Assembly (NCBI GenBank): GCA_963663165.1
Contig: OY760175.1
Location: forward strand, 3,328,001 to 3,392,000
Source: an uncultured Desulfospira sp.
GTDB taxonomy: Bacteria > Desulfobacterota > Desulfobacteria > Desulfobacterales > Desulfobacteraceae
DNA: 64,000 nt
Reading direction: 5' to 3'
Both the position numbers and the translations under genes were made by a program. This document shows positions 28,072 to 37,257 of this stretch, piece by piece. Within the stretch, counting starts at the first letter, position 1. Every line of letters starts with the position of its first letter. The notes beneath the pieces were generated by a model. That model searched no databases. It saw only the letters and a list, made by a program, of their open reading frames with translations, and was not told the origin of the DNA.

Positions 28072-28136
28072 ATTGTGGAAAAAAGTACACAATTTATGAA
28101 GAAAACTATCTAAAATTGTGTACTTTTTTCCACAAT
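28072..28136. promoter_or_regulatory. Perfect 24-bp inverted repeat, probable tandem enhancer-binding-protein sites
   Basis: ATTGTGGAAAAAAGTACACAATTT-N17-AAATTGTGTACTTTTTTCCACAAT; each arm is TTGTG-N10-CACAA; ~150 bp upstream of a sigma54 site. Confidence 0.7.
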
Positions 28137-28282
28137 TTACCCTTCTTTTTTCATCTATAACTTTAAATTTTTTCTAAAATTTAAAAAATTTGAAAAACTT
28201 ATTGGATTTAACTCTCTGAAATATTGATTCTTTCAGGCCTTCAAATTTTAAACAAAAAATATCTGCATAATTTTTCATATTT

Positions 28283-28298
28283 AGGCACACCAGTTGCA
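28283..28298 (+). promoter_or_regulatory. Sigma54 promoter
   Basis: AGGCAC-ACCAG-TTGCA with exact spacing. Confidence 0.7.
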
Positions 28299-28334
28299 AA
28301 AAAAACTCATCATATCAAACGAAATTATTAATTT

Positions 28335-28412
28335 AAAGAAAAAGCCAAACCCGGCGCGAGCCGGGGACGGAAAGCAAAAGGGCCTCACAGGGAGGCAGCC
28401 TGGCTGCCACAC
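28335..28412 (+). ncRNA. Cyclic di-GMP-I (GEMM-I) riboswitch
   Basis: GCCAAACCCGGC-GCGA-GCCGGGGACGGAAAGC...GGCCTC..GAGGCAGCC.GGCTGCC matches GEMM P2 (GNRA loop) and P3 consensus. Confidence 0.88.
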
Positions 28413-28431
28413 AAACAAAAGGAGATTTAAA

Positions 28432-28524
28432 ATGAACCTGTTTTTCAAGGGGTTAAAAAGGATTGTTGCTCAAAATTATCACAGGCTTTTTTACCGCTGG
28501 GAATGCGGTGCCTTTGCCACATGA
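28432..28524 (+). CDS. Possible 30-aa small ORF directly after the riboswitch
   Basis: AAGGAG RBS, ATG 28432, MNLFFKGLKRIVAQNYHRLFYRWECGAFAT*. Confidence 0.4.
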   Translation: MNLFFKGLKRIVAQNYHRLFYRWECGAFAT

Positions 28525-28615
28525 ACGAAGTGCAGGCCATGCTGATTTCACCACAGATTTTGAAATGATGATTTAATTCTATAGACAACGAGATCACTCA
28601 CAGAGGAGGTAAGGT

Positions 28616-29263
28616 ATGAAAAGATTTGCGTATTTGGTTTTGCTGGCGGCGGCGTTCCTGTTTGCCGGTGTCACAACGGCTTCGGCGGCCTATTATGAGT
28701 TTGATTACAATGAAGGGTCATATACTAGTTCCGTTAGCAACACATTCACTATCGACGATTTTTCCGGAATCGATTCCGCAACCCTGTCCATAACGATCAA
28801 AGGGCGGACCTACCATGAAACCAGATCTAATTATTGGCTATATTGGCCCGTGGTGGATATTTCGGCATCCGGCACTCAATATTTCAACAATAGGGCATTG
28901 ACATCTGCATGGGAAACCATCGTTATCGAACTGGATGCGGCTGTTTTGGCGTCCATGACGGAAAGTGGCGAGTTATTGTTCACTGTAGCCGGCGATTCTT
29001 CATACTGGCAAAGCAATAGCAGTTCAGGATACACCGCCGGCAGGTTCTATCTTGACAGTGTTGGTTTGACCGTCACCCCCTCATCCACCGTTCCCGTCCC
29101 CGGCGCCGTCTGGCTTCTGGGGTCAGGTCTGGCCGGCATGGTCGGCATCCGCCGCAAAAATTGGTCATCTAATGAGGGCCGATTCCTTTTTTTTATAAGA
29201 AAGTCCCACCAACAAGCTGAAAAGACTTTCATTTTTCGTTGTGGACGGTGCTTGGTTGGATAA
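28616..29263 (+). CDS. VPLPA/PEP-CTERM-type surface protein, C-terminus extended into a repeat
   Basis: Signal peptide; 'VPVPGAVWLLGSGLAGMVGIRRK'; GAGGAGG RBS. Confidence 0.88.
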   Translation: MKRFAYLVLLAAAFLFAGVTTASAAYYEFDYNEGSYTSSVSNTFTIDDFSGIDSATLSITIKGRTYHETRSNYWLYWPVVDISASGTQYFNNRALTSAWETIVIELDAAVLASMTESGELLFTVAGDSSYWQSNSSSGYTAGRFYLDSVGLTVTPSSTVPVPGAVWLLGSGLAGMVGIRRKNWSSNEGRFLFFIRKSHQQAEKTFIFRCGRCLVG

Positions 29264-29378
29264 TCCAAGCCGTCCGTGACGGTTTATAAGAAAGTCTCAG
29301 TAAGGTCCTGAGAAGACTTTCAATATTTGTTGTGGGCGGTGCTTGGTTGGATAACCAAAGCGGCCCGTGGCCGTTATA
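29193..29378 (+). repeat. 90-bp REP-like element, tandem copies 4 and 5
   Basis: Two head-to-tail units starting 29193 and 29284 with TTATA junctions. Confidence 0.92.
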
Positions 29379-29476
29379 TAATGTATTTATAATCCCTACC
29401 GGGAGAACGTGGCCATACGCCTCCCGGCAGGGATCATTTTAACCGCCTGCTGAAACTCCGTCCGGCTCCCAGGCCC

Positions 29477-30834
29477 TCATATTTCATTTAAAAATTGGGC
29501 CAGTTCCCGAACATTGGGGCAGGGAAACGCCCCGGCACACTGTGGCCCGTACCGGTCCATCACACAGTCTTTTTCCCCCACCGGGTTTCGGGAAGCGGAT
29601 TGAGCCAGTAAAGGGCGTCGCAAAGGCCCCTGATCTGCCCGAGAATGTCCTGGGCGTCGTCGGCATGGCCGTTGTTCTTGCCGTCCCCGAGAATCAGCAC
29701 CGTGGTCTGTTTTGAAAGCTGATCCAGGTATTGGTCTGAAAACTGCCGCAACACCTAGCCATAATCGGAAAAGCCTGTGGCGTTGGCGCCTTTAACGGAC
29801 TTTAAATTGAGCAACACCGTTTCCCAGTCGTTCTCTTTAAAATAATCCGTGGCCTCCACTATCCGGTCCACAAAGAAAAAAGAGCGGATCCGGCTGTAAT
29901 ACCGGTGGGAGGAATAAACAAGGGCCAGCATGAAATAAACAAATTGCCGGACCGAATTGGAGATGTCACAGATTAGCCAGAGATCCGGCTTTGATTGCTT
30001 TCGGCACATTTTAACCAGGTCCATGGGGATGCCGCAGGTCTTTAAAGACTGCCTTACCGTCCTGGGAAAACTTATGGTTCTCCCGGAACCCGGCTTTTTT
30101 CGTCTGCCCTTCCGGGTGGCCAGCTGTTTTCCCATTTTCCTGACTTCACGACAGATCCTGGGGACCTGGTCTTCACGGCAGTCCACAAAGGAGGCTTGCA
30201 GGGGATTGAGTCTGGAAATTGTTTCAACCAGGATACCCGCCCCCATGTTCTGTTTGAGCCATTGTTCCACCCTGGCCTCAATCAGGGCATGCCAGCGGTT
30301 CAGGGCTTTAAGGCTTGACTTGTGCCTTTCCGGGCACAGCTCCTTTTTAATGCGGGGCTGGCCCAGAAGAGGAGAGACCTCAAGCCAGCCGCATTCAGCC
30401 TCCATAAGCCCAAGGGCCTGGTCAAAGTCTTCCACTTCCGGTTCAAATTCCAGGTTCATGCCGGAGAAAATCAGGTGGACCTGTTTTAGATCATTGGCTG
30501 AAATGGCCTGAAAAAGGGTGTCAACCATTGCCCCCTTTGACGCTTCACCCATGTTTTTTTTGGCAGCGGGGTGATGGGCGGTGAGCCTCCCCAGCCGGTC
30601 TCCCGCAAGTTCCGGATCAGGCCCAAAGTAAAGCTCCACCAGCCAGAGGATGAACTGACGGCCCCAGGCCTCCTTTATCAGGGCGGCATTGATCAGGGTG
30701 TAAAAGTCGGACCGGTCAATGGGTGTTTGCCCCATACAGGAGAGCAGTTTCAAGCAGTCAACAATCTCCCCTGTGCTGACCGGGATGCCGCAGGCCCGGA
30801 GAAGCCCTGCAATTTTAAGGATGAGAAATGCCAT
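29477..30834 (-). pseudogene. Disrupted CoxE-like VWA domain gene
   Basis: 'CDISNSV', 'SDYG*VLRQF', 'ILGDGKNN', 'WLNP'; in-frame TAG at 29755-29757 and frameshift near 29570; C-terminus aligns with intact paralog at 58805. Confidence 0.85.
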
Positions 30835-31693
30835 GGAACCAGTCTTCCTGGTCGATCTTTTCCAAAACCCGGGAAAGATCCTCCCGGTACTTGAACAGAA
30901 TATTAACCGATTCTGAGGCAAGGGGCCGGGTCAGGGTTTGGGCATGGCTTTTTTCAAGAACGGTGACCCAATCAATGACCTCACTGATGCTGGGATGCTT
31001 TTTGAGCTTTTCCAGCCGCAACTTACGGACAAACGCCACCACCTGCCTGCCAAGCTTCTCGTTTAATTCAGGGAAATAAAGCCTTAAAATGGAAAGTTCC
31101 CTGTCCTGGTCCGGATAATCCAAATGCAGATAAAGACAGCGCCGCCGCAGGGCCTCGCTGAGGTTCCGGGTATTGTTGCTGGTCAAAATTACAGACGGGA
31201 TGCAGGTTGCCCTGATGGTTCCGGTTTCCGGAATAGTCACCTGCCAGTCCGACAGGATTTCCAGCAGAAAGCTTTCAAATTCTTCATCGCTTTTATCGAC
31301 TTCATCGATGAGCAGGACCTTTGGCTCTCCAGAGGTGATGGCATAGAGCAAGGGCCTTTTGAATAAAAATTCATCGGTGAAAATATCGGCCCCGGTGTTC
31401 TGCCAGTCCAGGGCCTTTTCTCCTTTGGCCTGGATATAGAGCAGCTGCCTTGGGTAATCCCATTCATAAAGGGCCTTGCTTTCATCAATGCCTTCATAAC
31501 ATTGGAGCCGGACCAGCTCCCGGCCAAGATGCCGGCCCCATGCCTTGGCAAGTTCTGTTTTTCCGGCGCCGGCCGGACCTTCCACCAGCAACGGCTTGTT
31601 CAGGATACCGGCATAGGCCAGGACCTGGGCCGTGGCCTGGTCGGCAATATACCCCTGGGCCTTGAGTCCGGCTTTAATTTTTTCAATATTCAT
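30815..31693 (-). CDS. MoxR-family AAA+ ATPase, CoxD-like
   Basis: 'LVEGPAGAGKT', 'RLQCYEG', 'LLIDEVDK', 'LTSN', 'EALRRRC'. Confidence 0.93.
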   Translation of the reverse strand: MNIEKIKAGLKAQGYIADQATAQVLAYAGILNKPLLVEGPAGAGKTELAKAWGRHLGRELVRLQCYEGIDESKALYEWDYPRQLLYIQAKGEKALDWQNTGADIFTDEFLFKRPLLYAITSGEPKVLLIDEVDKSDEEFESFLLEILSDWQVTIPETGTIRATCIPSVILTSNNTRNLSEALRRRCLYLHLDYPDQDRELSILRLYFPELNEKLGRQVVAFVRKLRLEKLKKHPSISEVIDWVTVLEKSHAQTLTRPLASESVNILFKYREDLSRVLEKIDQEDWFHGISHP

Positions 31694-31874
31694 CGGTTAT
31701 CAGGGTTTCAGATTTTTGTATTCCTTTTGGGTGTCGAAATTAAAGGCTTTATCCGCCTTTTTTGACCTCATAAAGTAGCACAGCACTGCAAATCCGCAAC
31801 CCCAATTATCCAAAACAACGCAACATCTCATATGCCTTAATCAGGATCTAACCCCAGTAACCCTTTCATGTCGA

Positions 31875-32246
31875 TCAGATAGTTCTGCAATTGTATTTAA
31901 GAATTTGCAGATCATCGGTCATCAGGGCCAATTTATTGGTCATGGATTGTGCAATCAGCATGCGGTCAAACGGGTCCTTATGAATAAACGGCAATTTTCC
32001 CAATAGCCGCGCATCCTCCCCTGAAAAATCCAGTGGTTCCAGATCCATTTTTAAAGCCATTTCTAATGGATTAAATTGAATATCAATCTTGCCAATTGAA
32101 GTTTTAATCATAAGTTCGGCTATGCTGACAGCACTGAAAAACACCTCATTTAAAGGGACTTCAAGTTCGTATCGACGTTCATCCGACAATTTTTCCGGGC
32201 AGGAAAGCATCCATAAAAAGATATGCGTATCTATCAGAATCCGCAT
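31875..32246 (-). CDS. vapC: PIN-domain toxin (VapC family)
   Basis: 'ILIDTHIFLW', 'SAVSIAE', 'HKDPFDRMLIAQ'. Confidence 0.93.
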   Translation of the reverse strand: MRILIDTHIFLWMLSCPEKLSDERRYELEVPLNEVFFSAVSIAELMIKTSIGKIDIQFNPLEMALKMDLEPLDFSGEDARLLGKLPFIHKDPFDRMLIAQSMTNKLALMTDDLQILKYNCRTI

Positions 32247-32476
32247 TATTCGCCACCATAAAACAATGCATTGATTTCTTGGCTTTCATCCAGAAAATCA
32301 TCCGGGATGGCGATTTCCCCTTTCATCAGCCCAAGTTTACGCTTTGTTTTTGTTCTATGGGGCACCAGTCTTACAAGGGGAAGATTGTTTTTAGCAATAA
32401 TGATATCTTCTCCCTGAAAAGCCATATCAACCAACTTGGACAATTTTGCCTTTGCTTCCGATACATTAACGATCAT
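32246..32476 (-). CDS. Phd/YefM family antitoxin
   Basis: 'VNVSEAKAKLSKLV...GEDIII...PLVRLVP'; 1-nt overlap with toxin; GACCAAGTTGGTC palindrome upstream. Confidence 0.93.
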   Translation of the reverse strand: MIVNVSEAKAKLSKLVDMAFQGEDIIIAKNNLPLVRLVPHRTKTKRKLGLMKGEIAIPDDFLDESQEINALFYGGE

Positions 32477-32617
32477 TTTTGAAATCTCCGGTTATTTTCA
32501 CAAAACAGCCAGTGGACCCATACTACCAATTCGGACCAAGTTGGTCAAGCGATAGCCTGGGAGTAACCAGGGAAATCGCATGTAACTTTCCGACTGTTTA
32601 AGACTACCGAATGCAGC

Positions 32618-32804
32618 TTCAGTGCGCAGCACTGAAACTAAAGTGTTTCTCTGTGCCCCTCCGTGGTTAAATTTAAAGAGTGGGCGAAGCCCAAAATTTA
32701 TAAAACCAGGAGGTTAAAGAAGAATAATTCAACCCCTTCGGGATTTCATATTTTTAAACCACAGAGAGGCACAGAGGTTTGGCTTACGCCAAACACCACA
32801 GAGG
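32618..32804 (+). repeat. ~190-bp multi-hairpin dispersed element, copy A
   Basis: Highly similar to the reverse complement of 61322-61508; internal IR CTCTGTGCCCCTCCGTGGTT / AACCACAGAGAGGCACAGAG. Confidence 0.88.
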
Positions 32805-33005
32805 CGCGGACCTTGAATGCATATGTAAAGAAAAATCATCGAGGATAATTTTTTTACATGCGATTGCCCTGTGGGAGAGACCGAAGGGTTCGCGACATCC
32901 GGTCTTCCGTTTCCGGCCCCCGGTTTCCCGTCTCCCTTGACAAAGCCTGATACAGCTGTAAAATTGCCCTGTTTGTTAAACTTTGAAAACAGGATATCCC
33001 TTTGC

Positions 33006-34427
33006 ATGGATCATGAAAAACAGCCGGACCGGATCACCATTCTCAATGCCCGGTTCCAGGGGCTGAGAGTGGATCAGTTTACCGCACAGCCGGGCCAGGC
33101 ATGGTGTATCCTGGGCCTGAACCGGTCCGGCATTGACCGGTTTTTCAGGCTGCTGTGCCAAAATCCCGCAGATATTGACGCCCGGCAGATGGTTCTGCCC
33201 CCCAATATGGGATCGGTTTCCTTTAAAGATCAGCAGGACATTTACGAGGCGGAATTAAAAAAAGATGACACCGATTTCATGGATAAAATCGACCCCGGGA
33301 CCCTGGCCAAAGAATTTATCCATGACATGGATTCCCACTGGGAGCTGATTGAGGCCCTTGACATGGCCGGGTCTCTTTCCAAAGGATACCGGCAGCTGAG
33401 CACCGGGCAGTCCAGAAAACTGATGCTGCTGTCCCGGATTTCAAAGGGACTGGCCTGCCTGGCCGTTCAATGCCCTTATGACGGACTGGACGCCCGGACC
33501 GGCAAAGAGCTGGACCGGGCCATGGAAAAGCTGTTTCGCCAGGGAATTCTAATTATTGTTTTCGTGAACAATACCGGGGATGTGCCGTCCTGGTGCACCC
33601 ATATCGGCCTGGTGGAAGACCAGCGCCTTAAGCACCAGGGGAAAAGAGATCCCATGATGGCGGTTCTGGAGGATCAATTCTCTCAGGCATCGCCGGATTT
33701 CAAGGCCCGGGTTGAGGATGTATCCGGAACCCGGGAAGGTGAACCTGAGGATAATGGCCGTGAACTGGTCCGGCTGAAAAACGGCCGGGCCGGATACCAG
33801 GGAGAACCGGTTTTCAAAGGCCTTAACCTGAGCATCCATGAGGGCGGCCACACCCTGGTGACCGGCCCCAACGGGTGCGGCAAGTCCACCCTTCTGCAAG
33901 TGGTCACCGGCGACCATCCGGCCTGTTACAGCAACGATCTACGGATATTCGGGATCCAGCGGGGAACCGGGGAATCCATCTGGGAGTTAAAGGCCCATAT
34001 GGGCATTGTCAGTTCCGACCTTCACCGGAACTACCTGGTCCCGGGAAACACCCTTCACTGTATCATCTCCGGTTTGTTTGACTCCATTGGCCTGTATCAG
34101 CCCTACTCCCCTGACGACGAGCAAAAGGCCCTGACCTGGCTGGACCGCTTAGGGCTGTCCCACAAAGCCCTCACCCCTTTCAGGGACCTGACCTATGCCC
34201 GGCAGCGCCTGGTTCTCATTGCCCGGGCCCTGATCAAGATGCCGAGGCTTTTGGTACTGGACGAGCCCACCCAGGGGCTGGATGAACTGAACCGGAAAGC
34301 GGTCCTGGACTTTCTGGAAGGAATTGCCAGAGAAAAGCTTAGCACCATCCTTTATGTGAGCCACCGGGAGGACGAATTCCGTCCCTTTTTTGTCCAGCGC
34401 CTTGACATGGGCCGCGGCAGCCGATGA
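33006..34427 (+). CDS. modF: Duplicated-domain ABC ATP-binding protein, ModF-like
   Basis: 'LSTGQSRK', 'GPNGCGKSTLL', 'GDHP', 'RGTGESIWELK', 'LDEPTQGLD'. Confidence 0.8.
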   Translation: MDHEKQPDRITILNARFQGLRVDQFTAQPGQAWCILGLNRSGIDRFFRLLCQNPADIDARQMVLPPNMGSVSFKDQQDIYEAELKKDDTDFMDKIDPGTLAKEFIHDMDSHWELIEALDMAGSLSKGYRQLSTGQSRKLMLLSRISKGLACLAVQCPYDGLDARTGKELDRAMEKLFRQGILIIVFVNNTGDVPSWCTHIGLVEDQRLKHQGKRDPMMAVLEDQFSQASPDFKARVEDVSGTREGEPEDNGRELVRLKNGRAGYQGEPVFKGLNLSIHEGGHTLVTGPNGCGKSTLLQVVTGDHPACYSNDLRIFGIQRGTGESIWELKAHMGIVSSDLHRNYLVPGNTLHCIISGLFDSIGLYQPYSPDDEQKALTWLDRLGLSHKALTPFRDLTYARQRLVLIARALIKMPRLLVLDEPTQGLDELNRKAVLDFLEGIAREKLSTILYVSHREDEFRPFFVQRLDMGRGSR

Positions 34428-35755
34428 AGATCAGCAAAATATGGCCTGTTCTGATCGGGATCTTTGTTGTGCTGGCAGCCGGCCTTCCCGCCTTAAACGG
34501 CGTTTTACTGGAGCGGTTTCTTAACCATTGGGGTCTTGAAAACCGGACAGACGCTGTTGAAATCCTGTCCATTGACCGGGGATTGTTTTCGTCGGCCATT
34601 GAATGGAAACTGACCTGCCCGTTTCCCTTTGCCGGGGCTAAGGATATCCGGGTTACGGACCGGGCCCGCCATGGGTGTTTCGCCGTCACCTCAACCAGCA
34701 GTCTGGAAAAAAACCCCTGGTTTGAAAAATTTTGCACCCGGTTTCCCGATGGGAAACCGCCCTTTGAAATAACCACCCAATATAAGATTTCAGGGACCGT
34801 TACCGCCCATATCGCCTTAGAGGAATGCACGTTCACTTCCCAGGGGCAAACCGTTGAGCTTCAAGCCGGAACGGTTCATCTGGCAATGGACCGGCATCAG
34901 CAGATCTCGTTTCTGGCAAACTGGGGCGGCGGCCATATCCCCGAAAAATTTGAATCCGGTCCCCTAAACGTTGATTCCCGGTTAAAGAAAATCCAGGAGC
35001 GGATCTGGGACGGCCGCCTGGCCGTTCGGGCAGACCATATCCGGTCTTTGGACAGGCTTCAGCCTTTTGAAGCAAGCCGGGCGGCCCTCACCATTGATTC
35101 CGGGTTTGATCCGGAAACCAGCCGTTTGTGCCTTGGCCTTGGCGCTTCTTTTGAGGTCCTGAATCAAGGGGATGGCCCTGTTCTCAGGGACGGGAACGGG
35201 CGGCTTGAGCTTAACCGGGTGAACGCCTATGGGTGGCAGTGGGCAACCGGCCTGTTTTCAGATATCGGACAAGGTGCGGTTGACGGCCTGATACAGGGAC
35301 GGCCGGTCACAGACAGCTTGAACCAGGCAGTTCAGGCCGTTTCCGGCAGGGCTGGTTTCCAGTTTTTCAGCCAGTGTGACCGGCTGCTGAAACAGGGCCT
35401 GGAAATCAGGGCCAAAGACGTAACCGTCCAAATTGATGAGGACACGCCCGGCCAGGTCACGGCCGACATGGCCCTGGCCTTGAAAAAAAACATGACCCTG
35501 GCCGGGTTTATCCCCATTGTTTTAAGGCCGGGTTCCCTTTTTGAAATTTTAGATGTAAAAACATCCATTGGCCTGCCCCTTGCCATGGCCCGCAAAGCCC
35601 CCGATCTGTTAAGGCCGGTGGTGCCCGGCATGGGGGCCGCGCTTTTTGTCCGCAAAAAAGACAGGCTGTCCCATACAGCCGAAACCCGGCAAGGCCGTCT
35701 GTTTTTAAATGATCAGGAGGTGATGTTTGAGCCGCATTCGCTATTCTCATTTTGA
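34424..35755 (+). CDS. YdgA/DUF945 family protein
   Basis: N-terminal TM, 'DRGLFSS', C-terminal 'GRLFLND'. Confidence 0.7.
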   Translation: MKISKIWPVLIGIFVVLAAGLPALNGVLLERFLNHWGLENRTDAVEILSIDRGLFSSAIEWKLTCPFPFAGAKDIRVTDRARHGCFAVTSTSSLEKNPWFEKFCTRFPDGKPPFEITTQYKISGTVTAHIALEECTFTSQGQTVELQAGTVHLAMDRHQQISFLANWGGGHIPEKFESGPLNVDSRLKKIQERIWDGRLAVRADHIRSLDRLQPFEASRAALTIDSGFDPETSRLCLGLGASFEVLNQGDGPVLRDGNGRLELNRVNAYGWQWATGLFSDIGQGAVDGLIQGRPVTDSLNQAVQAVSGRAGFQFFSQCDRLLKQGLEIRAKDVTVQIDEDTPGQVTADMALALKKNMTLAGFIPIVLRPGSLFEILDVKTSIGLPLAMARKAPDLLRPVVPGMGAALFVRKKDRLSHTAETRQGRLFLNDQEVMFEPHSLFSF

Positions 35756-36206
35756 TTCCCCCGTGGGCCGGCTTTTGCTTTTTGGCCGGGATAAACTGGA
35801 AGGGATAAGCTTTCCCACAGGGTCAACCCGGATCATCCCTGAAACAGAGTGGGTTCCGGATAATGCAGGGTTTAAGGAGGCCGCAGACCAGCTTGCGGCT
35901 TACTTTAAAGGGGAACTAAAGGCCTTTAACCTTGCCATGGACCTTAAGGGAACCCCTTTTCAGAAACAGGTCTGGGAAGAACTGGCCAGGATTCCCTACG
36001 GCGAAACCATTTCCTACGGGCAGCTGGCCGACAGGGTCGGCAACCCCAAAGCGGCCAGGGCCGTGGGCATGGCCAATAAAAAGAACCCCATTCCCATTAT
36101 CATTCCCTGCCACCGGGTGATCGGCAAAAACGGCCGTTTGACCGGATTCGGCGGGGGGATAGACATCAAGGCCAAACTGCTGGAACTGGAAAAAAAGCAT
36201 GCCTGA
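35727..36206 (+). CDS. ogt: Methylated-DNA-protein-cysteine methyltransferase
   Basis: 'GTPFQKQVW', 'ARAVG', 'IPCHRVIG'. Confidence 0.96.
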   Translation: MSRIRYSHFDSPVGRLLLFGRDKLEGISFPTGSTRIIPETEWVPDNAGFKEAADQLAAYFKGELKAFNLAMDLKGTPFQKQVWEELARIPYGETISYGQLADRVGNPKAARAVGMANKKNPIPIIIPCHRVIGKNGRLTGFGGGIDIKAKLLELEKKHA

Positions 36207-36481
36207 ACCGGGGTGCCGTGTCCCATAAAAACAAAGTCTTTGCACCTGAACTTCTCAATGGTTCAGCTGTAAAAATCAATTGGACTTTATTTCTTCTGCC
36301 TGATAAAGAAGGGAACAGTTTTTTCCCTGGAATACAGGGAATATATCTGTTAACGGTCACGGGTTGAAAGCCCGCAACAAACCATGAAAGACATGAAGGT
36401 CAAAGAACCTGCAAGCCCTAAAAGCCTTCAGCCTGAATCCCTTCAGCCTTTCATATTCACCCCCCATACAGGAGAAAACTT

Positions 36482-36832
36482 ATGGCCAATTTTTTGTTTG
36501 TTTTGAGCAAGGATAATAATGAGTCTGCCACCAGATGTTTTCAGTTTGCCAAAATCGCCCATTCAAAGGGGCACCATGTGGACCTGTTTTTTATAGACGG
36601 CGGCGTCATGTGGGCGGACAAAAACCGGGATTTATCCATTAAAACCGACACCGGTGACTGCCCGGCCGATTACCTGCCATACCTTGTGGAAAATGAAGTC
36701 ACCACCGGCATCTGCACCCCCTGCGCCAAAAACCGCGGCCTGGATGAATCCAATTTTTTCACCAACATGCAGCTGGACGGCGGGCCTCATCTGATTGACA
36801 TGGCCGCAGAAGCCAAGACCTTTAATTTCTGA
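36482..36832 (+). CDS. DsrE-family sulfur-relay protein
   Basis: 'VDLFFIDGGV', 'CTPCAKNRG'. Confidence 0.85.
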   Translation: MANFLFVLSKDNNESATRCFQFAKIAHSKGHHVDLFFIDGGVMWADKNRDLSIKTDTGDCPADYLPYLVENEVTTGICTPCAKNRGLDESNFFTNMQLDGGPHLIDMAAEAKTFNF

Positions 36833-36855
36833 TCCGGATATTTTTTTTAAGATAC

Positions 36856-36904
36856 AAAGGCCGGCCGGAAAGCGATACGCACTTTCCGGCCGGCCTTTTC
36901 TTTT
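36856..36904 (+). terminator. Rho-independent terminator
   Basis: AAAGGCCGGCCGGAAAG...CTTTCCGGCCGGCCTTTTCTTTT. Confidence 0.8.
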
Positions 36905-37160
36905 GCCGTTGATTCCCCTGGGGAACCGCATTTGAAATAATACATTAAATTCACAACCGATATCAGAATATCATGCCGGTTATCCTGAACAATCATGGGC
37001 ACCATTCTGATACACCCGGTAAATTCAGGCCCACGCCTATCATTTAGACAGATGACATCTCTCATCTATCATTTTGATACCCCCTCAACACTCCCTTTTT
37101 GAGGTGCCGGATATCCCTTTTTCCCTGACTGGCGGCTGGTTTCGTGAATCACAGCACGGT

Positions 37161-37176
37161 TGGCCCGGATGTTGCT
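37161..37176 (+). promoter_or_regulatory. Possible sigma54 promoter
   Basis: TGGCCC-GGATG-TTGCT; TATCATTTTGATA palindrome ~90 bp upstream. Confidence 0.5.
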
Positions 37177-37257
37177 GATGTTGTTCATTGGGTTGCCGGA
37201 ACAACCCAAACAGATACAAGAGAAACCATGTCCGACAAGATAGATAAAGGGGGTTTT

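Noticed and set aside
29755..29757. Pyrrolysine read-through of the in-frame TAG in coxE
   Set aside because: A second, independent frameshift lies downstream and no pyl genes are in the window; pseudogenisation is simpler
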